From Gemmatimonadales bacterium (GTDB lineage: Bacteria; Gemmatimonadota; Gemmatimonadetes; Gemmatimonadales; GWC2-71-9), in contig DASYPZ010000033.1 in NCBI GenBank assembly GCA_036006105.1, positions 1 through 52,990 on the forward strand: DNA of 52,990 nucleotides, written 5' to 3'. Positions 27,792-36,483 of the stretch are shown here, in pieces. A model generated the notes under the pieces. That model had not been told where the DNA came from, made no database searches, and saw nothing but the letters and a program-made list of their open reading frames with translations. Both the position numbers and the translations under genes were made by a program. The first letter of the stretch is position 1, and each line of letters begins with the position of its first letter.

Positions 27792-28066
27792 TGATGACCC
27801 CGCGATGGACGATGTCGGACGAATCGGCCTCAGAGAGACCTACGGCACTTCGATGCGAAAAGTCTCGGAACCGTTGCCCGGCGCCGGTCCAGGGTCGCCG
27901 GCCACTCCCCCCGCCGCCCCCGCCACAACCCGCCCTATACCTCGGGCTGGAATCATCGGGGCAGTGGGGTTATCTTGCTTAGCTGTTTGGAGTTATGGGT
28001 TTTGCCGAACGGGGACAAGTCGGCAGTTCCCGGTCCCCTTGTCACCGTTCACGGGTCAAAGTTTTT

Positions 28067-28633
28067 ATGGGCATCATCGCAAGCGATATGCGGCGCGGAA
28101 TGGCCATCATGTTCAATGGCGAGCCCTGCCGGGTCCTCGAGTTCCATCACCACACGCCGGGGAACCTCCGGGCCATGGTGCAGGCCAAGCTCCGGAAACT
28201 GCGGACCGGAACCCAGCTGGAACACCGGTTCCGTTCCACCGACACGGTGGAAATCGCGGCGCTGGAGACCCACGAACTGGACTTCATGTACAAGGCGGGC
28301 GAGACCTACCACTTCATGAATGCCGAGAATTACGACCAGCTCGAAGTGGATGAGGAGACCCTGGGCGAGACGGCCAAGTGGATGGCCGAGGGCATGCGGA
28401 TCATTGCCGAATTCTACGAGGGGCGGCCGATCGGCATTCAGATGCCCAGCAGCCTCACCCTGGAGGTGGCCGACACCACGCCCGTGATGAAGACGGCGAC
28501 CAAGACCGCGTCCACCAAGCCGGCCCGTCTCAGCAACGGGGTCACGGTCAACGTGCCGGAGTTCATCCAGACCGGCGAGCGCATCCGGGTGAATCCCGAG
28601 ACCGGCGAATACCTGGACCGCGCCAAGGACTAG
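28067..28633 (+). CDS. efp: translation elongation factor P
   Basis: Aligns without gaps to E. coli EF-P across domain I and the rest (NGEP..., FRSTD, YHFMN.E.YDQ, KPA.LSNG..V.VP.F...GE.I.V....GEY..R). Confidence 0.95.
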   Translation: MGIIASDMRRGMAIMFNGEPCRVLEFHHHTPGNLRAMVQAKLRKLRTGTQLEHRFRSTDTVEIAALETHELDFMYKAGETYHFMNAENYDQLEVDEETLGETAKWMAEGMRIIAEFYEGRPIGIQMPSSLTLEVADTTPVMKTATKTASTKPARLSNGVTVNVPEFIQTGERIRVNPETGEYLDRAKD

Positions 28634-28640
28634 GCGCCGC

Positions 28641-29780
28641 TCAGACCCGGAACATCAGGCCGCGGCGTTCCAGGATTCGAAGCAGGAAATACCAGAAGGC
28701 CACGAAACAGACCGCATAGCCCAGCGACGCATCGCGGGGCGCGAGCCACGACGCGAACGCGCCCCGATAGAGCCATTGCTGCAGTGATACGCTCTCTCCT
28801 CCCATACGCAGATGCGCCATGCCCAGCAGGCGCGCCATCAGACCCGATCCGATGAACGCGATCATGGGATTCTTGCCGTAGGTCACGAAGGGCGCGGCCC
28901 AGCGGGCCCGGCCTCGCACATCGATGAGCCAGGCGCAGGTGGCCAGCGTCAGACTCGCCAGCCCGGCCGTGAACAGCACGTACGAGCTGGTCCACAGGTT
29001 CTTGTTGATCGGGAACACCCAATTCCACATCAGGCCGGCCGTCGCGGCGATCGCTCCGGCGGCAAAGAGGCCGTTCAACCGGTCGGGCAGGGGTCGTTGC
29101 CCGGACAGCCAGCGCCCCGCGAGGACACCCAACAGACAGGTTCCGATCGCGGGGAGCGTGGACAGCAGGCCCTCGGGGTCCCAGGTCTGCGACTGCTTCC
29201 AGAGGTGGACTCCGAATACCGTCCGGTCGATCCACGCGCTGAGGGTATCCTGCGGAACATCGAGGGTCGGCGCCGCGACGCCGGGCGGAGCAATCAGCGC
29301 CTGCAGGGCCCAGTAGCCGAGCAGGAGGAGCGCGACGAGCGCCGACACCGCCCGATTGCCGCGGTGCCGGGAGAGCAAGGCCGCGGCGATGTAGCAGACG
29401 CCGATGCGCTGGAGCACGCCGGGAAAGCGCAGCTGGGTGATCCGCTCGAGGGGGAAGTAGGGGAAGGCCTGGAGCAGGAGGCCGAACAGCACGATCAGGC
29501 CGCCCCGCCGGAGAATCTGCAGCGTGACGGTCCGGTCGGCGTCGCCCCGGGCCCGGCGCGCGGCGAGCGAGAGGTGGGTGGTGATGCCCACCACGAACAC
29601 GAAGAAGGGAAAGATCAGGTCGGTCGGGGTCCAGCCGTGCCATGGCGCATGCTCGAGCGGCGGATAGATCGCGTCCCAGGTGCCGGGATTGTTGACCAGC
29701 AACATCCCGGCGATGGTGATGCCCCGGAAGGCGTCGAGCGCCGCGATGCGCTCCGGCCGTGTGTTAGTGGCGGTCGCCAT
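28641..29780 (-). CDS. DUF5009 / heparan-alpha-glucosaminide N-acetyltransferase-like membrane protein
   Basis: RIAALDAFRGITIAGMLLVNNPG...W.GWT.TDLIFPFF motif. Polytopic. Confidence 0.8.
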   Translation of the reverse strand: MATATNTRPERIAALDAFRGITIAGMLLVNNPGTWDAIYPPLEHAPWHGWTPTDLIFPFFVFVVGITTHLSLAARRARGDADRTVTLQILRRGGLIVLFGLLLQAFPYFPLERITQLRFPGVLQRIGVCYIAAALLSRHRGNRAVSALVALLLLGYWALQALIAPPGVAAPTLDVPQDTLSAWIDRTVFGVHLWKQSQTWDPEGLLSTLPAIGTCLLGVLAGRWLSGQRPLPDRLNGLFAAGAIAATAGLMWNWVFPINKNLWTSSYVLFTAGLASLTLATCAWLIDVRGRARWAAPFVTYGKNPMIAFIGSGLMARLLGMAHLRMGGESVSLQQWLYRGAFASWLAPRDASLGYAVCFVAFWYFLLRILERRGLMFRV

Positions 29781-29848
29781 CGTCTCCTTCCCAATCCCGG
29801 GGTATCTTCATCGGTCGGCTGGTTCCTGAATGTCTTCCTGGAGCATCC

Positions 29849-30556
29849 ATGCGCGCAGCATCCGTTACCCCGCTCCTGCTGGTCCTGTCGGCCGTCAGCG
29901 CACCGCTGGCCGCCCAACGGCGGGAGCTCGCGGTCATCGCCGGCGGCAATTACTCGAGCGCGTCCGGCGGACGGATCGACCACGCCGAAGCCCACCTGGG
30001 CTTCCAGGGCGGCCTGAGTCTTCGCCTGCCGCGCAGCCCGATGCTGTCATTCCAGATCGATTTCCTGCTGGTCCAGCGACGTTTCTTTGCCGCCCGCGCC
30101 CCGAGTACGCTGCCTTCCTCGCAGGTGGGACCCCGGTCCGACGCGCCCAATCTCCTGTTTGCCCAGGTCCCGCTGCTCCTCCGCTTTCAGAAGGGGTACA
30201 GCACCGAACGGCCGATACGCCCCTACTTCGTGGCGGGCCCGTTCTTCGCTTTCCGGCTCCATTGCCGGCGCACCCTGACCGAGGCCAGCGGAGGCGTGAG
30301 CCATCCCGACTGCAGCGTCGCCCCGGTCGATCGCCCGGTCAGCACCGATCCGTTCTTTCCCGCGCTCTTCGAGGACCTCGACGTCGGCGTGCTGGGCGAA
30401 GTGGGTGTCCAGATCAAGCGGTTCTCGCTCGGACTCCGGGGCGAGAAGAGCATCCGGAACCTCGTCGATCAGGGATCCCTGCCGACATCCCCACTGGACC
30501 GCTCCAAGCTCTGGAGCGCCTCGATTTCGGTCGGTTACCTCGTCCGGGTTCTCTAA
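29849..30556 (+). CDS. outer-membrane beta-barrel protein (porin-family/OmpW-like, hypothetical)
   Basis: Signal peptide ...APLAAQ. Alternating amphipathic strands. C-terminus ISVGYLVRVL. No specific family recognised. Confidence 0.55.
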   Translation: MRAASVTPLLLVLSAVSAPLAAQRRELAVIAGGNYSSASGGRIDHAEAHLGFQGGLSLRLPRSPMLSFQIDFLLVQRRFFAARAPSTLPSSQVGPRSDAPNLLFAQVPLLLRFQKGYSTERPIRPYFVAGPFFAFRLHCRRTLTEASGGVSHPDCSVAPVDRPVSTDPFFPALFEDLDVGVLGEVGVQIKRFSLGLRGEKSIRNLVDQGSLPTSPLDRSKLWSASISVGYLVRVL

Positions 30557-30719
30557 GGAGGTCGGCCGCCTGCCCCTCGGCGGTCCGGCCGGAGGAAGAT
30601 ACCGCCCGGACAGCCGGTCCGGGTCCGCAGCGATCCCCCTCGCCCATTCGTAGGTCGTGACGGGGCGCGGACCGCCGGAAACATCCCCCGCGTGGTCCGC
30701 GTCGGTTCTATAGGCTCCC

Positions 30720-33014
30720 ATGGAACGAACGCTCGACGCCATCCTCACCTTTCTCCTCAAATACCCGCCGCGGCTGTACCAGCGGGGCGACTTGTCGCTG
30801 GCGCCGAGTTTTCCTCCCCGGCTGATCGCGATCGCCCTCGGCGTTGCGCTGGTTCTGCTGGTCCTGACCCTCCGCCGGGTGCGAACGCCGGCACCCATCA
30901 GGGACCGGCTGGTGCTCGGCGGGCTCCGGGCGGCGTTGTTCGGGCTGCTGGGGTTCTGCCTGTTGCGACCGGTCCTGTTGCTGTCGAGCGCGGTACCGCA
31001 GCGCAACGTGCTGGGCATCCTGCTGGACGATTCGCGCAGCATGCGCCTCACCGACATCGATGGCGGATCGCGGCTCGACGCGGTGCGGCGAGTGTTCGGC
31101 GATTCGGCCGCGATCACCGCCCGGCTGAGCGACCGGTTCGTGCTCCGGTTCTTCCGCTTTGCCGCGGATGCCGGACCGCTCTCCGGCGCCACGGCGCTCA
31201 AGGGCTCGGGGACCCGTACCGATCTCGCGGCCGCGCTCGATGCCGCGCGGCAGGAGCTGGGTGGGGTTCCCCTGGCCGGGCTGGTGGTGGTGAGCGATGG
31301 GGCCGACAACGTCGGGACCGATCTGACCGCGCCGCTCCTGGCCCTCAAGGGGCGACGAGTGCCGGTGTACACCGTGGGAGTCGGGCAGGAACGCTTCGCG
31401 CGCGACCTGGCCATCGAGCGGGTGTCGCTGCCGTCGAGTGCGCTGGCCGGTGCCGGAGTGCTGGCCGAGGTGGTGCTTCGGGTCCGGGGACTGCGCGGAC
31501 AGAGTGTGACCGTCACCGCCGAGGACGAGGGCCGGGTCGTGGCCCAGCGCGACGTACCGCTGCCCGACGCCGGCGACGTCGCGGTGACGCGGCTCTCTCT
31601 CCCGCCGCTTCCGGCGGGATCCCGGCGTCTCACCTTCAGGGTGCGCCCCGCTCCCGACGAAATCGTCACCGAAAACAACGAGCTCAGAACGGTGCTCCGG
31701 GTCCGTCCCGGTCCGGAGCGGGTGCTCTATCTCGAGGGCGAGCCCCGCCCCGAGTTCGCGTTTCTGCGTCGGGCCGTCTCGGCGGACAGCGCGCTCCAGG
31801 TCGTTGGACTGCTGCAGAGCGCGAAGGGAAAATTTCTCCGGCTCGGTGTCCAGGACAGCATCGAGCTGGCGGGCGGCTTTCCGACCCGGCGCGAGGATCT
31901 GTTCCGTTACCGCGCCCTCATCCTCGGGAGCATGCCGGCCTCCTTCTTTACCGGAGACCAGCTGCGGATGCTGGCCGACTTCGTGAGCCGGCGGGGCGGA
32001 GGACTGATCGTGCTGGGAGGCCGCGAGTCGCTGGTCGAAGGAGGCTTCGCCGGCACGCCGCTGGCGGAAGTGCTGCCGGTCGGCCTCGACGCGATGATAC
32101 CGGCCGGCGCGGGCGCTCCCGCCACCGAGCTCTCCGTCCGGGTGACTCCTCCGGGACTGGTCCATCCGGCGCTGCAACTGGGGAGCACCGAAACCGCCGG
32201 TGCCCGCTGGGATTCCCTCCCGCCGCTGACGTCGGTGAACCATTTCGGATCCCTCAAGCCCGGCGCCACCGCACTCCTGGTGGGTCGGCCCAGCGGGGGA
32301 GGACCCGAAGTCCCGGTCCTGGCGGTTCAGCGATTCGGCAAGGGGACCGTCGCGCTGGTCGGAGTCCAGGATACCTGGCTCTGGAAGATGAGTGCGAGCA
32401 TTCCGCTGGAGGATCAGACCCATGCGATGCTCTGGAAGCAACTGATCCGATGGTCGCTGGCCGGGGTGCCGGATCGGGTGGAGGTGGTCGCCTCGCCCAG
32501 CCGGGTCGGCCCGGGCGAGGCCGTGGTGCTGAACGCGCGGGTCTCCGATGAAGCGTATCTCGAATCCAACGATGCGGTCGTGGTGGCCAAGGTGACCTCG
32601 CCCCTGGGCCGGACCCAGGAAGTGCCGCTCACCTGGACCCTCAAGGAAGACGGCGCCTATCAGGGGCGGTTCGTTACCGAAGAGGAAGGGATGTATCTGG
32701 TGGAAGCGGAGGCACGCCGGGGCGCCGACACCATCCGCGCCGCGCCAGCCGCCCTCCTGGCGGACAACCACGGCGCCGACGTGGAGCAGGCGGAGCTGCG
32801 CTCCCCCCTCCTCAAACGCATCGCCAAGGAAACCGGCGGGCGCTACTACCCGCTGGCCGACGCCGCTCGGCTCACCGATGACGTCGAATTCACCGAGAGT
32901 GGAGTGACGGTCCGGGAATCCCGCGATCTCTGGGACATGCCGGCGGTGTTTCTCCTTCTCGTCCTATTGCTCGGAACCGAATGGGGCTATCGTCGCTGGC
33001 GGGGGCTCGCATGA
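30720..33014 (+). CDS. membrane-anchored VWA (MIDAS) protein with a class-I glutamine-amidotransferase-like domain and a C-terminal TM anchor
   Basis: Two N-terminal TM helices. MIDAS residues LLDDSRSM, GTRTD and VSDGADN. GATase1-like block (VLYLEGEPRPEF...RALILGS...GGGLIVLGG). Terminal hydrophobic helix. Confidence 0.8.
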   Translation: MERTLDAILTFLLKYPPRLYQRGDLSLAPSFPPRLIAIALGVALVLLVLTLRRVRTPAPIRDRLVLGGLRAALFGLLGFCLLRPVLLLSSAVPQRNVLGILLDDSRSMRLTDIDGGSRLDAVRRVFGDSAAITARLSDRFVLRFFRFAADAGPLSGATALKGSGTRTDLAAALDAARQELGGVPLAGLVVVSDGADNVGTDLTAPLLALKGRRVPVYTVGVGQERFARDLAIERVSLPSSALAGAGVLAEVVLRVRGLRGQSVTVTAEDEGRVVAQRDVPLPDAGDVAVTRLSLPPLPAGSRRLTFRVRPAPDEIVTENNELRTVLRVRPGPERVLYLEGEPRPEFAFLRRAVSADSALQVVGLLQSAKGKFLRLGVQDSIELAGGFPTRREDLFRYRALILGSMPASFFTGDQLRMLADFVSRRGGGLIVLGGRESLVEGGFAGTPLAEVLPVGLDAMIPAGAGAPATELSVRVTPPGLVHPALQLGSTETAGARWDSLPPLTSVNHFGSLKPGATALLVGRPSGGGPEVPVLAVQRFGKGTVALVGVQDTWLWKMSASIPLEDQTHAMLWKQLIRWSLAGVPDRVEVVASPSRVGPGEAVVLNARVSDEAYLESNDAVVVAKVTSPLGRTQEVPLTWTLKEDGAYQGRFVTEEEGMYLVEAEARRGADTIRAAPAALLADNHGADVEQAELRSPLLKRIAKETGGRYYPLADAARLTDDVEFTESGVTVRESRDLWDMPAVFLLLVLLLGTEWGYRRWRGLA

Positions 33015-33997
33015 GACGGTCAGGCTTTGCCCTGGTGCTGGCGGCGCTCGTGCCGGCCGCCCGGCAATCCGCGCCGGGGAGCACCCATGTCCTGCTGATC
33101 ACGGGACTTTCCGGTGAGCCCCGATTCGCGGCCGCGTTCCACAGCGAGGCGGCCTCGATCTACGATGCGGCCAAGGCGCGCTGGGTTCGCTCCGATTCGA
33201 GTCTGATGTATCTGGCCGAGGACCCGGCCCAGGATCCGGCGCGGATCACGGGACGGGCAACCCGGGATGGTGTGGCCACGGCGATCGCCAGGCTCGCCGC
33301 CCGCTCGACGCCCGGCGACATCCTGTTGATCGTCCTCATCGGACATGGCAGTGGGCAGGGCCCCGACTCGCGGCTCAATCTTCCCGGTCCCGACGCCACC
33401 GCCGCCGACTTCGCCACCTGGCTCGCGCCGCTCGCTGGGAGAATCGTGGTCCTGGTGAATGCCTCGAGCGCCAGCGGCGATTTCGTCCCGGTGCTTTCCG
33501 CCAAGGAGCGGGTGATCGTGACGGCCACCAAGAGCGCCATGGAGCGGAACGAGACCACGTTCGGAGAGTACTTCGCCAGGGCCCTCGCGTCCGAATCCGC
33601 CGACGCCGATCGCGATGGCCGGGTGACGCTGCTCGAGGCGTTCGACTATGCTCGCCGGGAGGTGGCCCGGGGATACGAGACCAGGAACCTGCTCGCGACC
33701 GAACACGCGCTGCTGGATGACGACGGCGACGGCAAGGGGAGTACCGCGCCGGGTGGCGCGCAGGGAGACGGGGCGGTCGCGCGCACGGTCGGGTTCGGAA
33801 TCACGGCACCGTCCACCGATCCGCGGGTCGCCGCGCTGGTCCTGGAGCGCCGCGCGCTCGAGGGCCAGGTCGATGCGCTCCGGCGACGCAAGGCCGGCAT
33901 GGACTCCACGGCGTACGAGCGGGAGCTGGAGCGGTTGCTGCTGGAGATCGCCACCAAGTCCGCGGCCATTCGTGCTGCGACCGGGCAGAAGCCATGA
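33011..33997 (+). CDS. secreted caspase/legumain-fold (clan CD, C13-like) protein lacking any cysteine, with a C-terminal coiled coil
   Basis: Signal peptide. The HVLLITG...DILLIVLIGHGSG...IVVLVNASSASG...DRDGRVTLLEAFDYA pattern is typical of clan CD. There is no Cys in the whole ORF. ATGA overlaps on both sides. Confidence 0.6.
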   Translation: MRRSGFALVLAALVPAARQSAPGSTHVLLITGLSGEPRFAAAFHSEAASIYDAAKARWVRSDSSLMYLAEDPAQDPARITGRATRDGVATAIARLAARSTPGDILLIVLIGHGSGQGPDSRLNLPGPDATAADFATWLAPLAGRIVVLVNASSASGDFVPVLSAKERVIVTATKSAMERNETTFGEYFARALASESADADRDGRVTLLEAFDYARREVARGYETRNLLATEHALLDDDGDGKGSTAPGGAQGDGAVARTVGFGITAPSTDPRVAALVLERRALEGQVDALRRRKAGMDSTAYERELERLLLEIATKSAAIRAATGQKP

Positions 33998-36483
33998 CCC
34001 GGCTCATGGCATGGGCGCCGCTGGTGCTGCTGGGATTCGTCGCCGGCCGGGTGCAGGACGACGGCCTGGCCGCGCGCCGTCGGGTTCGAGCGCTCGCCGA
34101 ATCGGGACATCTGTCCGAGGCGGAGGATGCCGCCCGCCGCGGCGGCGCGGCGGTTCTCGTGCCGCTCGGCGAGGTCCTGGCCCTCACCGGCCGGCTGGCC
34201 GCCGCCGACTCGGTTTTCCGGATCGCAGTGGAACGGAGCGTACCCGACTGGCGGAACGCCGAGGCCTCCCGTGCCGAGCTCGCGGCGCGCCGGGGTAGCG
34301 CCGGCGCGGCGCGGCAGCTGGCCCTGAGCCTGGCCACGGCCTATGAACGCGACGGTGCCCGCTGGACCGCGGACGACCGGGTGGCGGCCGGGCGCGCCTA
34401 CGTGGTGCTGGGCCGGGACGATGCGCTGGGACTCCGGAACGCGCTCCGCGCCTTCGACGCCGCCGTCGCAGCCGATTCGAGCCTGGTCGAAGCGCGCATC
34501 CGTCTCGGCGATCTCTTTCTCGACAAATACAACGCGCCCGATGCCAGGACCAGCTACACCGAAGCGCTCCGACTGTCTCCCCGGCAACCGCGCGCGCTGC
34601 TCGGGATGGCGCGGGTCCTCGCGTTCCAGGGCAGCCCCGATGCCACCCAGGGCGTACGCGCCAGCCTGAGTGCCAACCCGTCGCTGGCGCCGGCGCAGGC
34701 CCTGCTGGCCCAGCTGCATCTGGACGCGGAGCAGTACGACTCCGCGGCGGCCTCCGCGGGCCGCGCGCTGGCGGCCGACTCCTCCGCCGCCGATGCGTGG
34801 GCCATGCTCGGCGCCACCGCGTGGCTGCGGGACGACTCCGCCGGGTTTGCAAGGGCCCGGGCCGGCGCCGCGCGGGTGAACCCGCGGCCGTCCGATTTTT
34901 ACAGCGAAGTGGCGGAAGCGGTGGCGCGGCACCGCCGCTATGCCGAGGCGGAACAATTCGGCCGCGAGGCAGTGGCACTGGACTCGCTGTCCTCGCGGGC
35001 CCTCGGCGGACTGGGCATCAATGAGCTCCGGCTGGGCCACATCGAAGCCGGGAGCGCGCACCTGACCCGCGCCTTCGCGCGGGACCCGTTCCACATCTGG
35101 TACAAGAACACGCTCGACCTGCTGGATGAGATGAAGACCTTCCGCACCGTGGCGACCCGGCGCTTCCGGATCGTCGCGCCGGCCGCCGAGGCGGATCTGC
35201 TGGCGCTCTATCTGGGTCCGCTGCTCGAGGAGGCCTACGATTCCCTGGCCGCCCGCTACGAGTATCGTCCTCCGACGCCGATCCGAATCGAGCTGTACCG
35301 TCGCCACGCCGATTTCTCGGTCCGCACCGTGGGGCTGGCGGGGCTGGGCGCGCTGGGCGTGAGCTTCGGAACCGTGCTGGTGATGGACGCGCCGTCGGCA
35401 CGCAGTCCCGGCGAGTTCAACTGGGGGAGCACCGCGTGGCACGAGCTCACCCACACCTTTACCCTCGGTCGCTCGGCCCACCGGGTGCCCCGCTGGTTCT
35501 CCGAGGGTCTGTCGGTGCTGGAAGAGCGCCGGGCCCGTCCGGCCTGGGGCGCCGGGCCGACTCCGGAATTCCTGGCCGCGTTCAAGGCCGGCCGCCTGCT
35601 TCCGCTGACCCGGCTGAACGACGGATTCGTGCGGCCCAGCTATCCCGCCGAGCTGGGGTTCAGCTACTACCAGGCCTCGCTGGTGTGCGAGATGATCGAG
35701 GGCCGCTGGGGCCGCGCGGCGCTGGTGAGCATGCTGGCAGGATACCGCGACGGACTCGATACCCGAGGCGTATTCACCGGGGTGCTGCACCAGACTCCGG
35801 AGGCGCTGGCCGTGCTGTTCGATGCCTGGCTGCGGCAGAAGTTTGCCGGACCCCTGACGCATGTGGCGGCCTGGGACGGGAAGGGACCGGCCACCGGAGA
35901 ATTCGTCACCGCGCTCGCGTCGGCCGAGACGCTGGTGGAGCAGAAGCATCCCGCCGAGGCCCGCGCCGCGTTCGAGCGCGCCGAGGCCATGTTTCCGATG
36001 TACATCGGACCCGATGCCCCCGCGCTGGGCCTGGCGCGTCTCGCATTGGAGCGCAACGACAAGCCCGCCGCCGTCGCGGCGCTGGCCCGATTCACCGCCC
36101 TCGACGAATCGGCCCTGGAGGCGAATCGCCGCGAGGCCTCCCTCCGTCAGGATCTGGGGGACTGGGCCGGCGCGGCCGCGGCGCTCCAGCGCACCCTGTG
36201 GATCTTTCCGTACGATCCCGCGGCGCATGCCCGGCTCGCCGAAGTGGCCGAGCGGCTCTCCGATCCGGCCCGAGCGCTCCGTGAGCGCCGCGCCGTGGTC
36301 GCGCTGGCACCGGCCGACCTCCTGGAGGCGCGTTACCAGCTGGCCCGGGCGCTGGCCCTGGCCGGAGACTCCGCCGCGGCGCGGCACGAGGTCCTGCAGG
36401 TGCTGGAGGGCGCGCCCGGATTCGAAAAGGCCCAGACGCTCCTGCTGGATCTCCGGAAGAAGCCGGAAGGGAGGGTGCCGTGA
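33994..36483 (+). CDS. TPR-repeat protein with an embedded peptidase-MA-like zinc metalloprotease domain
   Basis: Signal/anchor at the N-terminus. TPR-like Ala/Leu/Arg-rich helices flank WHELTHTF...RWFSEGLSVLEE (HExxH plus a downstream Glu ligand). Confidence 0.8.
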   Translation: MTRLMAWAPLVLLGFVAGRVQDDGLAARRRVRALAESGHLSEAEDAARRGGAAVLVPLGEVLALTGRLAAADSVFRIAVERSVPDWRNAEASRAELAARRGSAGAARQLALSLATAYERDGARWTADDRVAAGRAYVVLGRDDALGLRNALRAFDAAVAADSSLVEARIRLGDLFLDKYNAPDARTSYTEALRLSPRQPRALLGMARVLAFQGSPDATQGVRASLSANPSLAPAQALLAQLHLDAEQYDSAAASAGRALAADSSAADAWAMLGATAWLRDDSAGFARARAGAARVNPRPSDFYSEVAEAVARHRRYAEAEQFGREAVALDSLSSRALGGLGINELRLGHIEAGSAHLTRAFARDPFHIWYKNTLDLLDEMKTFRTVATRRFRIVAPAAEADLLALYLGPLLEEAYDSLAARYEYRPPTPIRIELYRRHADFSVRTVGLAGLGALGVSFGTVLVMDAPSARSPGEFNWGSTAWHELTHTFTLGRSAHRVPRWFSEGLSVLEERRARPAWGAGPTPEFLAAFKAGRLLPLTRLNDGFVRPSYPAELGFSYYQASLVCEMIEGRWGRAALVSMLAGYRDGLDTRGVFTGVLHQTPEALAVLFDAWLRQKFAGPLTHVAAWDGKGPATGEFVTALASAETLVEQKHPAEARAAFERAEAMFPMYIGPDAPALGLARLALERNDKPAAVAALARFTALDESALEANRREASLRQDLGDWAGAAAALQRTLWIFPYDPAAHARLAEVAERLSDPARALRERRAVVALAPADLLEARYQLARALALAGDSAAARHEVLQVLEGAPGFEKAQTLLLDLRKKPEGRVP

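Noticed and set aside
27792-28066. 275-nt divergent spacer upstream of efp, examined for a small RNA, tRNA or riboswitch
   Set aside because: There is no tRNA-like T-arm or anticodon structure and no recognisable riboswitch core. I saw only weak -35/-10-like words and a 6-bp stem. Left unannotated.
30692-32771. 619-aa plus-strand (30692-32551) and 687-aa minus-strand (30708-32771) ORFs overlapping the VWA/GATase-like gene
   Set aside because: These are alternative frames or the opposite strand of CDS 30720-33014. They are extremely Arg/Gly/Pro-rich with no domains. The chosen frame has TM helices and MIDAS motifs.
33646-36387. 913-aa minus-strand ORF
   Set aside because: It is antisense to the TPR/HExxH gene and the caspase-fold gene. 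Shadow-ORF composition, no motifs.
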